Below are positions 10,415 to 20,883 of a stretch of DNA of 64,000 bases, piece by piece; position 1 is the first letter of the stretch, and each line of letters begins with the position of its first letter. The notes below the pieces were generated by a model. It was not told the DNA's origin and did no database searches. It saw only the letters and a list, made by a program, of their open reading frames with translations. The DNA is from Acidobacteriota bacterium. Its GTDB lineage: Bacteria > Acidobacteriota > UBA6911 > RPQK01 > JAJDTT01. The DNA lies in the NCBI GenBank assembly GCA_965217775.1, contig CBDCJH010000002.1, forward strand, positions 896,001 through 960,000, in the 5' to 3' direction. Both the position numbers and the translations under genes were made by a program.

Positions 10415-10736
10415 TGCGGTCGCTCGTGGGTTCCCCAACGGGGACGTCAAGGTCTGCCTTTGGCCTTGAGCTCCAGACTCCGACGGTCGCATGCTTTCGG
10501 CAGTCTAGCAAAAGATCCTGGGAGGTCCTCCGGTCGGCCGGGCTAAGGGGGGGCGAAGAGAACTTTCCCGGTCGGAATCATGGAGGGTCTCGGGGACCTC
10601 CCCGAAACGCTCGTAGTCCTGGGAACCTAGTCTGACTCGAAAGTCTCAGCATCGAGCATAGGTTCGCTCAATGCTCATGGCCGCGCGTTTCCTCTTCGGG
10701 AACGGTATCATCACAGCGGAGAAGGGGGACGGACAC

Positions 10737-11456
10737 ATGTTGGGAAGAAACGGGAAACTGTTAAATCTGGTGATTGTGACAGTTGCAATTGTCGGCGGCA
10801 CCATGCAATTCCTGTCATCCAAAGAAAATGAGTACGAGCGCGTCTATTGGGATCGTGGGGACGCACGCAAAGTCATTAAACGGGCCCATGTCACGGATAG
10901 TGGCAGCGTCGGAGAACTCTTCGCCGCCGCCGCCACTTTTGGGGTATCTCCACGCACACACGGCATCTGGCTCACAGACGATGTCTGTTGGTCGTTAGGA
11001 GTTTTCGTGCAGCATGAAGAGCGACGGACCGATGAAGAAAAGGAGGCGATTTACAAAGACTGTAGGGCTCACGCATCCGAGTACTACACGATCTACGTAT
11101 CGGCGCAGATAGCCGCTGGCGGATCACCCCTCGATACCTACCCCGACGTAACCGACACGCATCGCGTCGGGCAGATTTTCCTCCAGCAGCGCAAGAACAA
11201 GGACAAGTTCGTACGCCCGGCCAGGATCGACACACCACCAGATTATTTCATGCATCTCAGGATCGTAAGCAATGCCACTAAGATGGCGGATTTTGATATC
11301 GAACGGGACATCCTCATCAGGTTCCCGCGCAACGAAGAACTCTTGAGAGGCCAGAAGGACATCGACCTCGAGCTCCGCCAAGGGGGCAACAAGCAGCGGC
11401 TCAAGTTCAGCCTTAAGAAGCTGCGCGCCAACAAAGGGCGGCTGGACAACCTATAG
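10737..11456 (+). CDS. Hypothetical membrane-anchored/secreted protein
   Basis: Long ORF with N-terminal hydrophobic segment; lower GC than flanks. Confidence 0.65.
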   Translation: MLGRNGKLLNLVIVTVAIVGGTMQFLSSKENEYERVYWDRGDARKVIKRAHVTDSGSVGELFAAAATFGVSPRTHGIWLTDDVCWSLGVFVQHEERRTDEEKEAIYKDCRAHASEYYTIYVSAQIAAGGSPLDTYPDVTDTHRVGQIFLQQRKNKDKFVRPARIDTPPDYFMHLRIVSNATKMADFDIERDILIRFPRNEELLRGQKDIDLELRQGGNKQRLKFSLKKLRANKGRLDNL

Positions 11457-11460
11457 GGGC

Positions 11461-12468
11461 GTGAGCACGATAAAGCCCCTTACCGCATTCTATCCGGGAA
11501 CCGAATCACCACAGGGGGAGCGTAGCGTCCCTCTGATAGAAGAGGATATGCTTCGTCCCATGACCCCCCAAGACCCCCGAATGGCTAGGCTCCCGCGCCG
11601 GCTCCTTTCCCTTGTCATTCTGGCTGCGTTTCAATCTGAACCTGCCGAAGCCCAGGACATCGGGCCTCTACAAACGGCGGCGGAGCAAGGCGACGCCAAC
11701 GCTCAATTCAACCTAGGTCTCAGGTACGACGATGGTGACGGCGTACCTGAGAATGATCGGGAAGCGGTGAGGTGGTATCGGATGGCTGCCGATCAGGGTC
11801 ACGCTGCCGCCCAATTCACTCTTGGAACAATGTACTCTGGTGGTCGAGACGTGCCGGAGAATGACCAGGAAGCGGTGAAGTGGTATCGGATGGCCGCCGA
11901 TCAGGGTCACGTCGACGCCCAATTCGACCTTGGAGTCATGTACGCCAATGGCGAGGGTGTGCCGAAGGACTACGTGAAAGCCTATGCCTGGTCGAATCTC
12001 GCCGCCGCCCAGCGACAGCCCCTCGCCGCCCGCCAAAAAACCTTGCTCAGATCAGAAATGTCTGCCAAGCAAGTCGACGAGGCGCAGAAACTCTCCAGTG
12101 AGCTTTGGGAGCGCATCGGCCGAGGTAAGAGTCTGGGCGAGGGCTCAGGATCTGAGGCTGGAGACGGCGGCCGCGTCTATCGATATGGGGAGAGCGAAGT
12201 TACCAACCCCGTCCCCATAGTGCAGACGACTCCCAGTTACACCCAGGCCGCCCAGGCCGCCAAGGTTCAGGGTGTGGTCTGGATCCAGGCCATCATCCGA
12301 AAGGATGGCAGACTCGACTGCTTCAAGGTCATTCGGGGATTGGGCCACGGACTAGATGAAGAGGCCATCCGGGAGATCGAGACCAACTGGCGCTTTCAGC
12401 CCGGAAGGCTCAATGGGAAACCGGTGGATGTCCTTGCGACCATCGAAGTCCAGTTCAACCTGAGATAG
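11461..12468 (+). CDS. Sel1-repeat protein fused to a TonB C-terminal domain
   Basis: Three AQFxLGxMY..G.GVP.D..EAV.WYR.AA.QG repeats; C-terminal PSYT..A..AKVQGVV...GLG.GLDEEA....WRFQPG.LNGKPV; true start may be downstream (~11548-11581). Confidence 0.85.
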   Translation: MSTIKPLTAFYPGTESPQGERSVPLIEEDMLRPMTPQDPRMARLPRRLLSLVILAAFQSEPAEAQDIGPLQTAAEQGDANAQFNLGLRYDDGDGVPENDREAVRWYRMAADQGHAAAQFTLGTMYSGGRDVPENDQEAVKWYRMAADQGHVDAQFDLGVMYANGEGVPKDYVKAYAWSNLAAAQRQPLAARQKTLLRSEMSAKQVDEAQKLSSELWERIGRGKSLGEGSGSEAGDGGRVYRYGESEVTNPVPIVQTTPSYTQAAQAAKVQGVVWIQAIIRKDGRLDCFKVIRGLGHGLDEEAIREIETNWRFQPGRLNGKPVDVLATIEVQFNLR

Positions 12469-12528
12469 AAGAAGACGGTCAGCCGGAGCGTCCTCGCGGC
12501 TCAGGGGGCTGTATCCGTCCTTCTCCTT

Positions 12529-12867
12529 CTACTGGCGGGGACCGGCACCCCGTCTCAGAGAGTCGAGCAAAACACGAGGCGGATCGGCCGGCCGATCCGT
12601 GGGGATGCCGTGGCGGCGGCAGATCCTCTGGACAGCAGCCGCTGTCCACTTCCCGACTGCGTACCCTGCCCGGCGGCCAGGGGGCGCGATCGACCCTTCG
12701 AGAGACGCCGCGATGCGGCGCAGAGACCAGCCCAGAACCCGGCCGCCCCAAATCAACAGCACCACCTGGTTATCGTGCTCACTGACCAGTTCCCGGACCC
12801 GCTCACGGGCCGCCCGCCGGCCGGGCTTGGTGTTGATCTTCCGGCACCTTGTCCTCAATCTAGACAT
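12529..12867 (-). CDS. Small protein resembling the DNA-binding domain of serine recombinases (possible remnant)
   Basis: GWSLRRIAASL....PP.R...GKWTAAAVQRI pattern. Confidence 0.45.
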   Translation of the reverse strand: MSRLRTRCRKINTKPGRRAARERVRELVSEHDNQVVLLIWGGRVLGWSLRRIAASLEGSIAPPGRRAGYAVGKWTAAAVQRICRRHGIPTDRPADPPRVLLDSLRRGAGPRQ

Positions 12868-12905
12868 GATACACAGCCGCCGTGACCAAGTTCGCGCCGA
12901 CAAAC

Positions 12906-15050
12906 CAGGGCCATCCCACGCTAGGAATATCTGACGATTCGCCCCAACAACCGCAGAGGTTTGCATTCTCCGCTGGCTTTTTTTCGCCCCAGGCTTCATC
13001 CTGGGGGTATGAGCGCTCCAGCAGACGACGAAGTGATCTTCAAGGAAACCCCGGAAGGCTTTTTCCTCAACGATGCCCAGGTGCGACTGGCCCGCCCCGA
13101 CGAGCGGGTGAAGTGGGACCGACGGGTTCACCAACACCATTACCTCGGCTTCAAACGGTTTGCCGGTCGCGGTCTGCGCTACGTCGTCGAATGGCGCGGG
13201 AAGTGGCTGGCGCTCGCCGGCTGGCAGTCGGGCGCCTTCAAGTGTCGGCATCGGGACCGCTGGATCGGGTGGAAGCCCGACCTGCAGTACCGGCGTCTGC
13301 ATCTGATCGCAAACAACACGCGATTCGTGATTCTCGCTTCCAAGGGCGTCTTCCCGGGTCTCGGCTCCTGGACGCTGGCCCGGATGCTGCGGCGTCTCGG
13401 TGACGACTGGCAGGCGCACTATGGACACCCGGTACTGATCGCCGAGAGCTTTGTCGACCCCGCCCGCTTCGACGGCGCCCTCTACCGCGCTTCCAACTGG
13501 CGTTATCTCGGCGACACGCGGGGGTTTGCGCGTCACAACGGTCGCTATACCGATCCTCACGGCCAGCCGAAGCAGCTGTACGTGTCCCCGTTGCGGCGCA
13601 ACGCCTGCCGTCGTCTGCGCGACCCTCGCCCGCTGACCTCGAAGTGGGAGCCCAAGGGTCCGACCCGGAAGGGCGCGAGCGAGTTGCGCTCGCTGGTTCA
13701 GGAGTTGGCCGAGATCAAGGATTTCCGGCGTGCCCAGGGGCGCAAGCATTCCGTGGCCTCGGTGCTCACCGTCTACCTGCTCGCGAGGCTGGCGAACCTG
13801 CGCGGTCCGGTCGCGGCCGCCGAGTATGCGCAGAAGCTCTCGCAGCCGGAACTCGAGGCGATCGGCGCCTGGAAGAACCCCCGGACCGGCCGCTACGTTC
13901 CGGTCTCCAAGTCCACCCTGCACCGCGTGATCTCCTCGGTGGATCCGGACCAGATCGAGGCCGTGCTCCGGCGGTTCTCGATGCCGAGACTGCAACTGGG
14001 CCGCGCGATTGCGGTGGACGGCAAGCGGATTCGCGGCGCCAACCGCAACGGAGACGGACATTTCGAGACCGCGACACTGGTGGAGCACACCACCGGATTG
14101 CCCCTCGCCACCCTCAGCTTCAATGAAGAGGGCGGGGAGATCGCTGCCGTGCGCGCTCTGCTGGAGAAGGTCGATGTCTCGGGACGCGTCCTCACGGTCG
14201 ACGCCTTGCACACCACCCGCGAGACCGCGCGCGTCATCGTCGAAACCCACGGGGCCGACTATCTCATGACGGTCAAGGAAAACGCCCCCGAAACCCATGA
14301 GATGCTCTCGACCATCGACTGGAACCGGGACGCGACCGGGTCTTTCCAGGAAGAGACCGACTTGGCCCATGGGCGCATCGAGCAGCGCTCCATCCAGGTC
14401 ATGACTCCTCTGGAGGGCCTCCTGAACTACCCCCACGTCGCCCAGATCTTCCGCATCACACGCCGGCGCACCGACGCCCGGCAAAACGGAACCGGAAAAA
14501 CCAGCCGCGAGCAGGTCTACGGCATCACCTCGGCGCCGGCTTACCGCGCGTCCCCCCGGCAACTCCTTGCCGACAACCGCGGCCACTGGGCGGTCGAAGT
14601 CAATCACAACCTCCGGGACACCCTCTTTGCCGAAGACGACTGTCTCGCCCGCACCCGATTCGCGCCGGCGAACAATGCGACCTGCACCAACCTCGCGATC
14701 GCGATCATCATTCACCAGACTTCGTTTGACAGCTTCGCCTCCGCCACTCGCCACTTCGCACTCCAACGCCAGGACGCCTTCACCGCGCTGCAGTCTCCGT
14801 GAGCACCGGCCCAACTCCCATCCCCACACGGCGACGATCCGATCCCTCCCGCCGTCCCTGAGACGGAACTTCTACTCGTCCGCAGCCCGACCGGGCCGCT
14901 CGGGACCCTCAGCGGCAGGAGCTCAGGGCCCTGACGGCCCCATGGTGGCGCCCCCATTCGGACCGACCCAACGCCCAGGCCGACAGCAGCGCGCCCTGAT
15001 CTCGAAAATCAACTCAATTCACGGCAATGTCAGAGCGTGGGATAGTCCTG
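12906..15050 (+). mobile_element. Complete ISAs1-family insertion sequence (2145 bp)
   Basis: Terminal IRs cagggccatcccacgct / agcgtgggatagtcctg (15/17); perfect 10-bp TSD gccgacaaac at 12896-12905 and 15051-15060. Confidence 0.92.
13009..14802 (+). CDS. ISAs1 transposase with N-terminal DUF4338 (DruA-like) domain
   Basis: N-term HHYLG..G..LRY, RDRWIGW, IANNTRF, ESFVDP..F.G..YRASNW; C-term AVDGKRIRG, TVDALHT, VKEN, RGHWAVE. Confidence 0.88.
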   Translation: MSAPADDEVIFKETPEGFFLNDAQVRLARPDERVKWDRRVHQHHYLGFKRFAGRGLRYVVEWRGKWLALAGWQSGAFKCRHRDRWIGWKPDLQYRRLHLIANNTRFVILASKGVFPGLGSWTLARMLRRLGDDWQAHYGHPVLIAESFVDPARFDGALYRASNWRYLGDTRGFARHNGRYTDPHGQPKQLYVSPLRRNACRRLRDPRPLTSKWEPKGPTRKGASELRSLVQELAEIKDFRRAQGRKHSVASVLTVYLLARLANLRGPVAAAEYAQKLSQPELEAIGAWKNPRTGRYVPVSKSTLHRVISSVDPDQIEAVLRRFSMPRLQLGRAIAVDGKRIRGANRNGDGHFETATLVEHTTGLPLATLSFNEEGGEIAAVRALLEKVDVSGRVLTVDALHTTRETARVIVETHGADYLMTVKENAPETHEMLSTIDWNRDATGSFQEETDLAHGRIEQRSIQVMTPLEGLLNYPHVAQIFRITRRRTDARQNGTGKTSREQVYGITSAPAYRASPRQLLADNRGHWAVEVNHNLRDTLFAEDDCLARTRFAPANNATCTNLAIAIIIHQTSFDSFASATRHFALQRQDAFTALQSP

Positions 15051-15610
15051 GCCGACAAACGCCCCGTAGCTCGTTTTCGGGTCCGAACCGGCCAGATCCC
15101 ACGCTCGATGGAGCGCTGCAGGGTCTCTGGACGTCCAAATTGTCCCGGTGGAACTCCCCGCGGCCGCCGCGGACCGCCGATGGCTAGTGTATCAAGTCCG
15201 AGATTGGGGAACTTTCTGCCCGTCGGGTGTTTTTCGTTTCCGCAAACCCCAGGAAACAAACCAATCCCCGACCGAGTTCCGGAAGCAGGACCGCGTTTTC
15301 CCGATTGTCCGAGGGCTGGAGTTCGCGGCCGAAAAAACAGTCTGCGCCCGGTTGGAGAAATCCCCACTCGACCGCGAGGCTCTGGCGGAGCCTGGCCGCC
15401 GCCCAGGGGCCTATACCCTATCTTCGTCCGCCCTCGCCAAGCCAACATAGGCCCTCAGAGGGCGTCTTTTTTCCCGGGATCGGCCCCATTCGGTCCGGGA
15501 GCATCGAAACTGCCCGAATCCTGGCGCTCCAGTGCCAGGCCCTGAAGCGTTACGGACCTCCTATCCGATTCGCCCCGGGTGAAGATCCCTTCTCCACGGG
15601 CCGTGAATTA

Positions 15611-15636
15611 TTGTCGGTAAAGTACGTTACCGTAAA
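15611..15636. promoter_or_regulatory. Putative tyrosine-recombinase crossover/binding site
   Basis: Imperfect inverted repeat ttgtcggtaa-agtacg-ttaccgtaaa with 6-bp spacer, 4 bp upstream of the recombinase ATG. Confidence 0.5.
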
Positions 15637-15640
15637 CGGT

Positions 15641-16013
15641 ATGTCCAACTCGCTTCCCGCCCTCGCCCCCCTCAAACCCGCCCGCGGGCAGTTACACGCA
15701 GAAGTTCTCCCGGCCGTGCTCGATTGGGCCAGCCGCGCCGCCTGCTTCGCGGCGGACGAGTTCTTCTCCGCCCGGATCTCCAACGCCGAGACCCTCCGGG
15801 CCATGCTTGAGCGGCGGCTCGTCAGCCGGGCTCCCCGCCCACCTGACGCCTCACTCCTTCCGGGTCATGGTCGTCACCGCCCTGCTGTCCCAGAAGGTCC
15901 CCGTCGAGGCGGTCCAGCACCTGGTCGGGCACTCCCACCCGTCTACCACCCAGTTCTACAACCGGCGCCGCCGGCGCATCACCCGAAACGTCGTCGAGCG
16001 CATCCCCTTCTAG
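15641..16013 (+). pseudogene. Internally deleted, frameshifted tyrosine recombinase
   Basis: N-term FAADEFFSARISN.ETLRA joined directly to C-term LTPHSFR...VQHLVGHSHPSTTQFY (HxxR, GH, catalytic Y) in another frame. Confidence 0.8.
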
Positions 16014-16108
16014 GCCACCACGAACCGGGCGAACAGGCCTCTCGATCTCCGACTTGAGCGCCTTAGACACCGCCAGATCCCAAATTCCGCAGGCAATTAC
16101 CAAGGGAT

Positions 16109-19100
16109 ATGAGACAAGCAGGGGAACGGTGTAGAATAGACACTATCTTGCCTGCAGGTTTGGGTTTCAGACGGATTCCAGCGGCTATTGTGGCGGTTCT
16201 CACCGGTGTTGCGGTGTTGAGCGCGGCCCCCGTGGCGGGCTCGACTGCGGACGAGGCGCCCGTGGATTTTCAGTCGCAGGTGCGCCCCATCCTTTCCGAC
16301 ACCTGTTTCGAGTGCCACGGCCCGGACCCCAAGGCTCGGCTTGCGGATTTGAGGCTAGACCTGGAGGAGGGAGTCTTCTCCGAGCGGCCGACCGGTTCGC
16401 CGGTCACTCCAGGGGAACCGGATTCGAGCCTCATCTACCAGCGGATCACTCACCCGGATTCCGCCCTGCGGATGCCGCCCAAATACGCCCACAAGGAGCT
16501 GACGGAGGATCAGATCCATTTGGTGCGCCGTTGGATCGAGGAGGGGGCACCGTGGGAGGAGCACTGGTCCTTCGCGCCGCTGACCCGGCCTGCGCCGCCC
16601 CTGGTCCAGTCCCCAGAGTGGGTTCGCAATCCCATCGACCGCTTCGTCCTGGCCCGTCTCGAGAAGGAGGGATTGACGCCGGCCCGGGAGGCGGACCACC
16701 GCACTCTGGCCCGGCGGGTCTCCCTGGATCTCACCGGTTTGCCACCCCTGCCGGAGGAAGTGGAGAAGTTCGTGGCGGATGCCTCTTCGGACGCCTACGC
16801 CAAGTGGATCGACGGGCGAATGCGATCCCCGGCCTACGGGGAGCACCGGGGCCGCTATTGGCTCGATGCGGCCCGCTACGGCGACACCCACGGCCTGCAC
16901 ATCGACAACTACCGCGAGATGTGGGCCTACCGGGAGTGGGTCATCCGGGCCTTCAACCGGAACCTGCCCTTCGACCAGTTCACGGTGGACCAGTTGGCCG
17001 GCGACCTGCTGCCCGATCCGACTCCGGAGCAACTCGTCGCCACCGGCTTCCATCGCTGCAACATCACCACCAACGAAGGGGGCGTGATCAAAGAGGAAGT
17101 GGAGGTCATGTACGCCAAGGACCGGGTCGACACCACCGGCACGGTCTGGCTGGGCCTGACGGTCGGGTGCGCCACCTGCCACGACCACAAGTTCGATCCC
17201 ATTACCCAGAAGGATTTCTACTCGTTGGCCGCCTTCTTCCGCAATACCACCCAGAAGCCTCTGGACGGAAATGTCTTCGACCCGCCTCCCGTGATGATCG
17301 TGCCGGCCAGAAGCGACACCCTGCGATGGGATCAACTGAAGCAGGAGGAGCCGGCCGCCAGAGACAAGCGAGACGAGGTCGAGCGGACCGCCGATAAGGA
17401 GTTCCTCCGCTGGTTGGACTCGGACTCGCGCCTCGATTTGAACCTGCATGAATTCGACGCCTCGCAGGCCTTCTCCCTGGAACTGGGAGAGGCACCACAC
17501 CTCCGCGTCGGTTCGGAGAAGAGAGAACTGGTGTTGTCCGGATCCACGCGGATCGACCGGTCCGGTCCCATCCCGTCCCTGGAACTGCCCGAAGACTCCT
17601 TCGTGGAGATCGAGGATTTCCCGGGCCTCGAAGCGGACCGTTCCTTTACCGTTTCAGTGACCTTCCGGTTTCGGAAAGCGGGCTCCCGCATGATCCTGGC
17701 CCGGCAGATCGATCCGGACAAGGACAACCGCGGCTGGAGTCTGGAGATCATCGGCGACCGGCCGTCGCTGATGCTTCAGGTGAAGGATGGCCGCAACCTG
17801 GGGGTCCGCGGCGTCGAGGAGAACAAGTTGGCGCCGGATCAGTGGCACAACGCGATCGTCACCTACGATGGCCTGCGCCAGCGTACCGGCATGAACCTCT
17901 ACCTCGACGGTGTTGTCGTTCCCACCCAGAGCTTCGGCCGGGCCATCCGGGTCCTGGAGGGATCGATCCGGAACAGCGAGCCTCTGGTGCTCGGCGCGGG
18001 GGACCGGCCGTCCGCCGGCAAGTACGACTTTCTGAACGGTTCGATTCGCCAGTTCAGGATTCTGGGCCGGGCGGTGGACGAGGCGGAGGCCCGGCTGTTG
18101 GCGCGTTGGGATACGCTGGCCGCCGTTCGGAAACGGGATCGGGAGGAGTTGGATTCCGGAGACCGGGAGGCGCTACGGGCCTATTTTCTGGTTCGCCGGC
18201 ACGCCGCGTTCGGGCGGGCGGCTCGGGACTTGAAATCGCTTCAGGACGAGCGCCGCGCGATCCTGCGCCGGAGCAGTCTGACCCACGTGATGCACGAGAA
18301 CACGGACAGCGATCCCATGGCCCACATTCTCCGGCGGGGGATGTACGACCAGCGAGGCGAGGAGGTGCGGCCGGCCACCCCGGGCGTTCTCCCTGCCATG
18401 GACCCGGACCTCCCGCGGAACCGGCTGGGATTGGCCCGGTGGCTGGTGGCGGACGACAACCCACTCACCAGCCGGGTCATGGTGAACCGCTTCTGGCAGG
18501 AAGTCTTCGGTACGGGTCTGGTGAGGACGTCGGAAGATTTCGGGTCCCAGGGAGAGGCGCCCACGCATCCTGAGCTCCTGGACTGGCTCGCGGTCGAGTT
18601 TCGGGATTCGGGATGGGACGTGAAGCATCTCTTCCGCCTGATGCTGGACTCGGCCACCTACCGGCAGTCGGCCCGCGCGACCGACGAGAAGATCAAGAAG
18701 GATCCGGGAAATCGCCTCTTCTCCCGGGGGCCCCGATTTCGCATGGACGGGGAGATGGTGCGGGATTACGTCCTGGCCGCCAGTGGACTGTTGGAACCTC
18801 GAATCGGCGGACCCAGCGTCAGGACGTATCAGCCGGAGGGACTGTGGGAAGCGGTGGCCATGGAGGGCAGCAACACCCGTTTCTACAAACAGGACTCGGG
18901 ATCTGACATTTACCGGAGGAGCCTCTACACCTTCTGGAAGCGGGCCGCGCCCCCGCCGCAACTGATGGTCTTCAACGCTCCCACGCGGGAGGAATGCACG
19001 GTTCGGCGCGAGCGCACCAACACGCCCTTGCAGGCCCTGCTGACGCTCAACGGGGTCCAGTTCTTCGAAGCCGCCCGCCATTTGGCCCAGCGGGCCATGC

Positions 19101-19363
19101 AGGCGGCGCCGGGACCGGAACAGCGTATCGACTTCATGTCCTCTCGCCTCCTGGCGCGTTCCCTCCAGGGGCCGGAGCAGGAGGTGGCCCGGAAAGCCTA
19201 TAAGGATTATCTGAATTACTACGGGGCCCACCCCGACCAGGCCGAGAAGGCCCTTTCGGTCGGCGATTCCGAAGCCGACGGGAGCCTGCCCAAAGCCGAG
19301 TTCGCCGCCTGGACCATGGTGGCCAATCAGCTCATGAATCTGGACGAGGTGTTGAACAAATGA
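16109..19363 (+). CDS. PSD1/planctomycete cytochrome c domain protein (DUF1549/DUF1553) with LamG-like insert
   Basis: CFECHGPD and [11 protein letters not shown] heme motifs; [41 protein letters not shown]; start approximate. Confidence 0.92.
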   Translation: MRQAGERCRIDTILPAGLGFRRIPAAIVAVLTGVAVLSAAPVAGSTADEAPVDFQSQVRPILSDTCFECHGPDPKARLADLRLDLEEGVFSERPTGSPVTPGEPDSSLIYQRITHPDSALRMPPKYAHKELTEDQIHLVRRWIEEGAPWEEHWSFAPLTRPAPPLVQSPEWVRNPIDRFVLARLEKEGLTPAREADHRTLARRVSLDLTGLPPLPEEVEKFVADASSDAYAKWIDGRMRSPAYGEHRGRYWLDAARYGDTHGLHIDNYREMWAYREWVIRAFNRNLPFDQFTVDQLAGDLLPDPTPEQLVATGFHRCNITTNEGGVIKEEVEVMYAKDRVDTTGTVWLGLTVGCATCHDHKFDPITQKDFYSLAAFFRNTTQKPLDGNVFDPPPVMIVPARSDTLRWDQLKQEEPAARDKRDEVERTADKEFLRWLDSDSRLDLNLHEFDASQAFSLELGEAPHLRVGSEKRELVLSGSTRIDRSGPIPSLELPEDSFVEIEDFPGLEADRSFTVSVTFRFRKAGSRMILARQIDPDKDNRGWSLEIIGDRPSLMLQVKDGRNLGVRGVEENKLAPDQWHNAIVTYDGLRQRTGMNLYLDGVVVPTQSFGRAIRVLEGSIRNSEPLVLGAGDRPSAGKYDFLNGSIRQFRILGRAVDEAEARLLARWDTLAAVRKRDREELDSGDREALRAYFLVRRHAAFGRAARDLKSLQDERRAILRRSSLTHVMHENTDSDPMAHILRRGMYDQRGEEVRPATPGVLPAMDPDLPRNRLGLARWLVADDNPLTSRVMVNRFWQEVFGTGLVRTSEDFGSQGEAPTHPELLDWLAVEFRDSGWDVKHLFRLMLDSATYRQSARATDEKIKKDPGNRLFSRGPRFRMDGEMVRDYVLAASGLLEPRIGGPSVRTYQPEGLWEAVAMEGSNTRFYKQDSGSDIYRRSLYTFWKRAAPPPQLMVFNAPTREECTVRRERTNTPLQALLTLNGVQFFEAARHLAQRAMQAAPGPEQRIDFMSSRLLARSLQGPEQEVARKAYKDYLNYYGAHPDQAEKALSVGDSEADGSLPKAEFAAWTMVANQLMNLDEVLNK

Positions 19364-20853
19364 CCTGCCATTGGACTCCTCCCTGCATTCTCTCCGACGA
19401 AGCGGTTCGAATCGAGACCCGCCGGCAGCTCTTCGCCCGTGGCGCCCGAGGTCTCGGGCTCGCCGCCCTGGCCACGCTTCTGGGCGAGGACGCCACGGCA
19501 GCGGGCGCCGGAGCGCTGGATCAGACGGGTGGACTTCCCCACCTGCCCCACTTTGCTCCCAAGGCCAAGCGGGCCATCTACATGCACATGGTGGGGGCGC
19601 CGCCGCAGATGGAGACCTTCGACTACAAGCCGGAGCTGGAGAAGTGGCTGGACAAGGACCTGCCCGACTCGATTCGCAAGGGGCAGCGGTTGACCACCAT
19701 GACCTCGGGACAGGAGCGATTTCCCATCGTTCCGTCGGCCTTCAAGTTTCAGCAGCATGGCCGGAGCGGGGCCTGGATCTCGGAGCTCCTGCCCTACACG
19801 GCCCGCATGGCGGACGATCTGGCCATCATCCGTTCCATGCACACGGAGGCCATCAACCACGAGCCGGCCATCACCTTCATCCAGACCGGCCGTGAAGTGG
19901 CGGGACGGCCCTGCATCGGTTCCTGGCTGGCATACGGACTGGGGAGCATGAACCGGGACCTGCCCACCTTCGTGGTTCTCAACGCCTCCCACAGCCATCC
20001 CAAGGCCAACGTGCAAGCCATCTCCGCCAAGCTCTGGACCTCCGGCTTCCTCTCCTCCAAGTTCGCCGGGGTCTCCCTGAGGTCCACCGGCGACCCGGTC
20101 CTGTACGTGAACAATCCCGACGGCGTGCCCAGCCGGATTCGCCGCCGAATGCTGGACTCGCTGGCCGAGATGAACCGGCTCCAGCACCGGCAGATCGGAG
20201 ACCCGGAGACCCTGTCGCGGATCGAACAATACGAGATGGCGTTCCGGATGCAGAGTTCCGTCCCCGAGTTGACGGACCTTTCCAAGGAACCGGAGAGCAC
20301 CTATCGCCTCTACGGCGAGGACGCGAAGGTCCCCGGAACCTTCGCCCACAGTTGCCTGATGGCCCGCCGCTTGGCCGAACGCAACGTCCGTTTCGTCCAG
20401 ATCTACCATCGGGGATGGGACGTGCACCGCGAGGTGCCCCAGGTGCTACCGAGCCAGTGCAAGGACGTGGACCAGGGCTGCTGGGGGCTGGTCCAGGACC
20501 TGAAGCAGAGAGGGCTCCTGGAAGACACCCTGGTGATCTGGGGCGGCGAGTTCGGCCGCACCGCCTACTGCCAGGGCAAGCTCACCGACACGACCTACGG
20601 ACGGGATCACCATCCCCGCTGTTTCAGCCTCTGGATGGCCGGGGGCGGTATCCGGGGAGGCGTCGTCCACGGCGAGACCGACGACTTCGCCTACAACATC
20701 GTGCGCGACCCGGTCCATGTGCGCGACTTCCAGGCCACCATCCTTTCGCTCTTCGGCATCGACCACGATCGCTTCACCTTTCGCTACCAGGGCCTGGACA
20801 ACCGCCTGACCGGAGTCGACCCGGCTCGGGTGGTGAAACCCATTCTGGCCTGA
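19360..20853 (+). CDS. DUF1501 domain protein (sulfatase-like)
   Basis: Tat-like TRRQLF; [42 protein letters not shown]; overlaps upstream stop. Confidence 0.92.
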   Translation: MTCHWTPPCILSDEAVRIETRRQLFARGARGLGLAALATLLGEDATAAGAGALDQTGGLPHLPHFAPKAKRAIYMHMVGAPPQMETFDYKPELEKWLDKDLPDSIRKGQRLTTMTSGQERFPIVPSAFKFQQHGRSGAWISELLPYTARMADDLAIIRSMHTEAINHEPAITFIQTGREVAGRPCIGSWLAYGLGSMNRDLPTFVVLNASHSHPKANVQAISAKLWTSGFLSSKFAGVSLRSTGDPVLYVNNPDGVPSRIRRRMLDSLAEMNRLQHRQIGDPETLSRIEQYEMAFRMQSSVPELTDLSKEPESTYRLYGEDAKVPGTFAHSCLMARRLAERNVRFVQIYHRGWDVHREVPQVLPSQCKDVDQGCWGLVQDLKQRGLLEDTLVIWGGEFGRTAYCQGKLTDTTYGRDHHPRCFSLWMAGGGIRGGVVHGETDDFAYNIVRDPVHVRDFQATILSLFGIDHDRFTFRYQGLDNRLTGVDPARVVKPILA

Positions 20854-20883
20854 CGCGCAGCGCGTCGATTTCAAGGAGAAACC

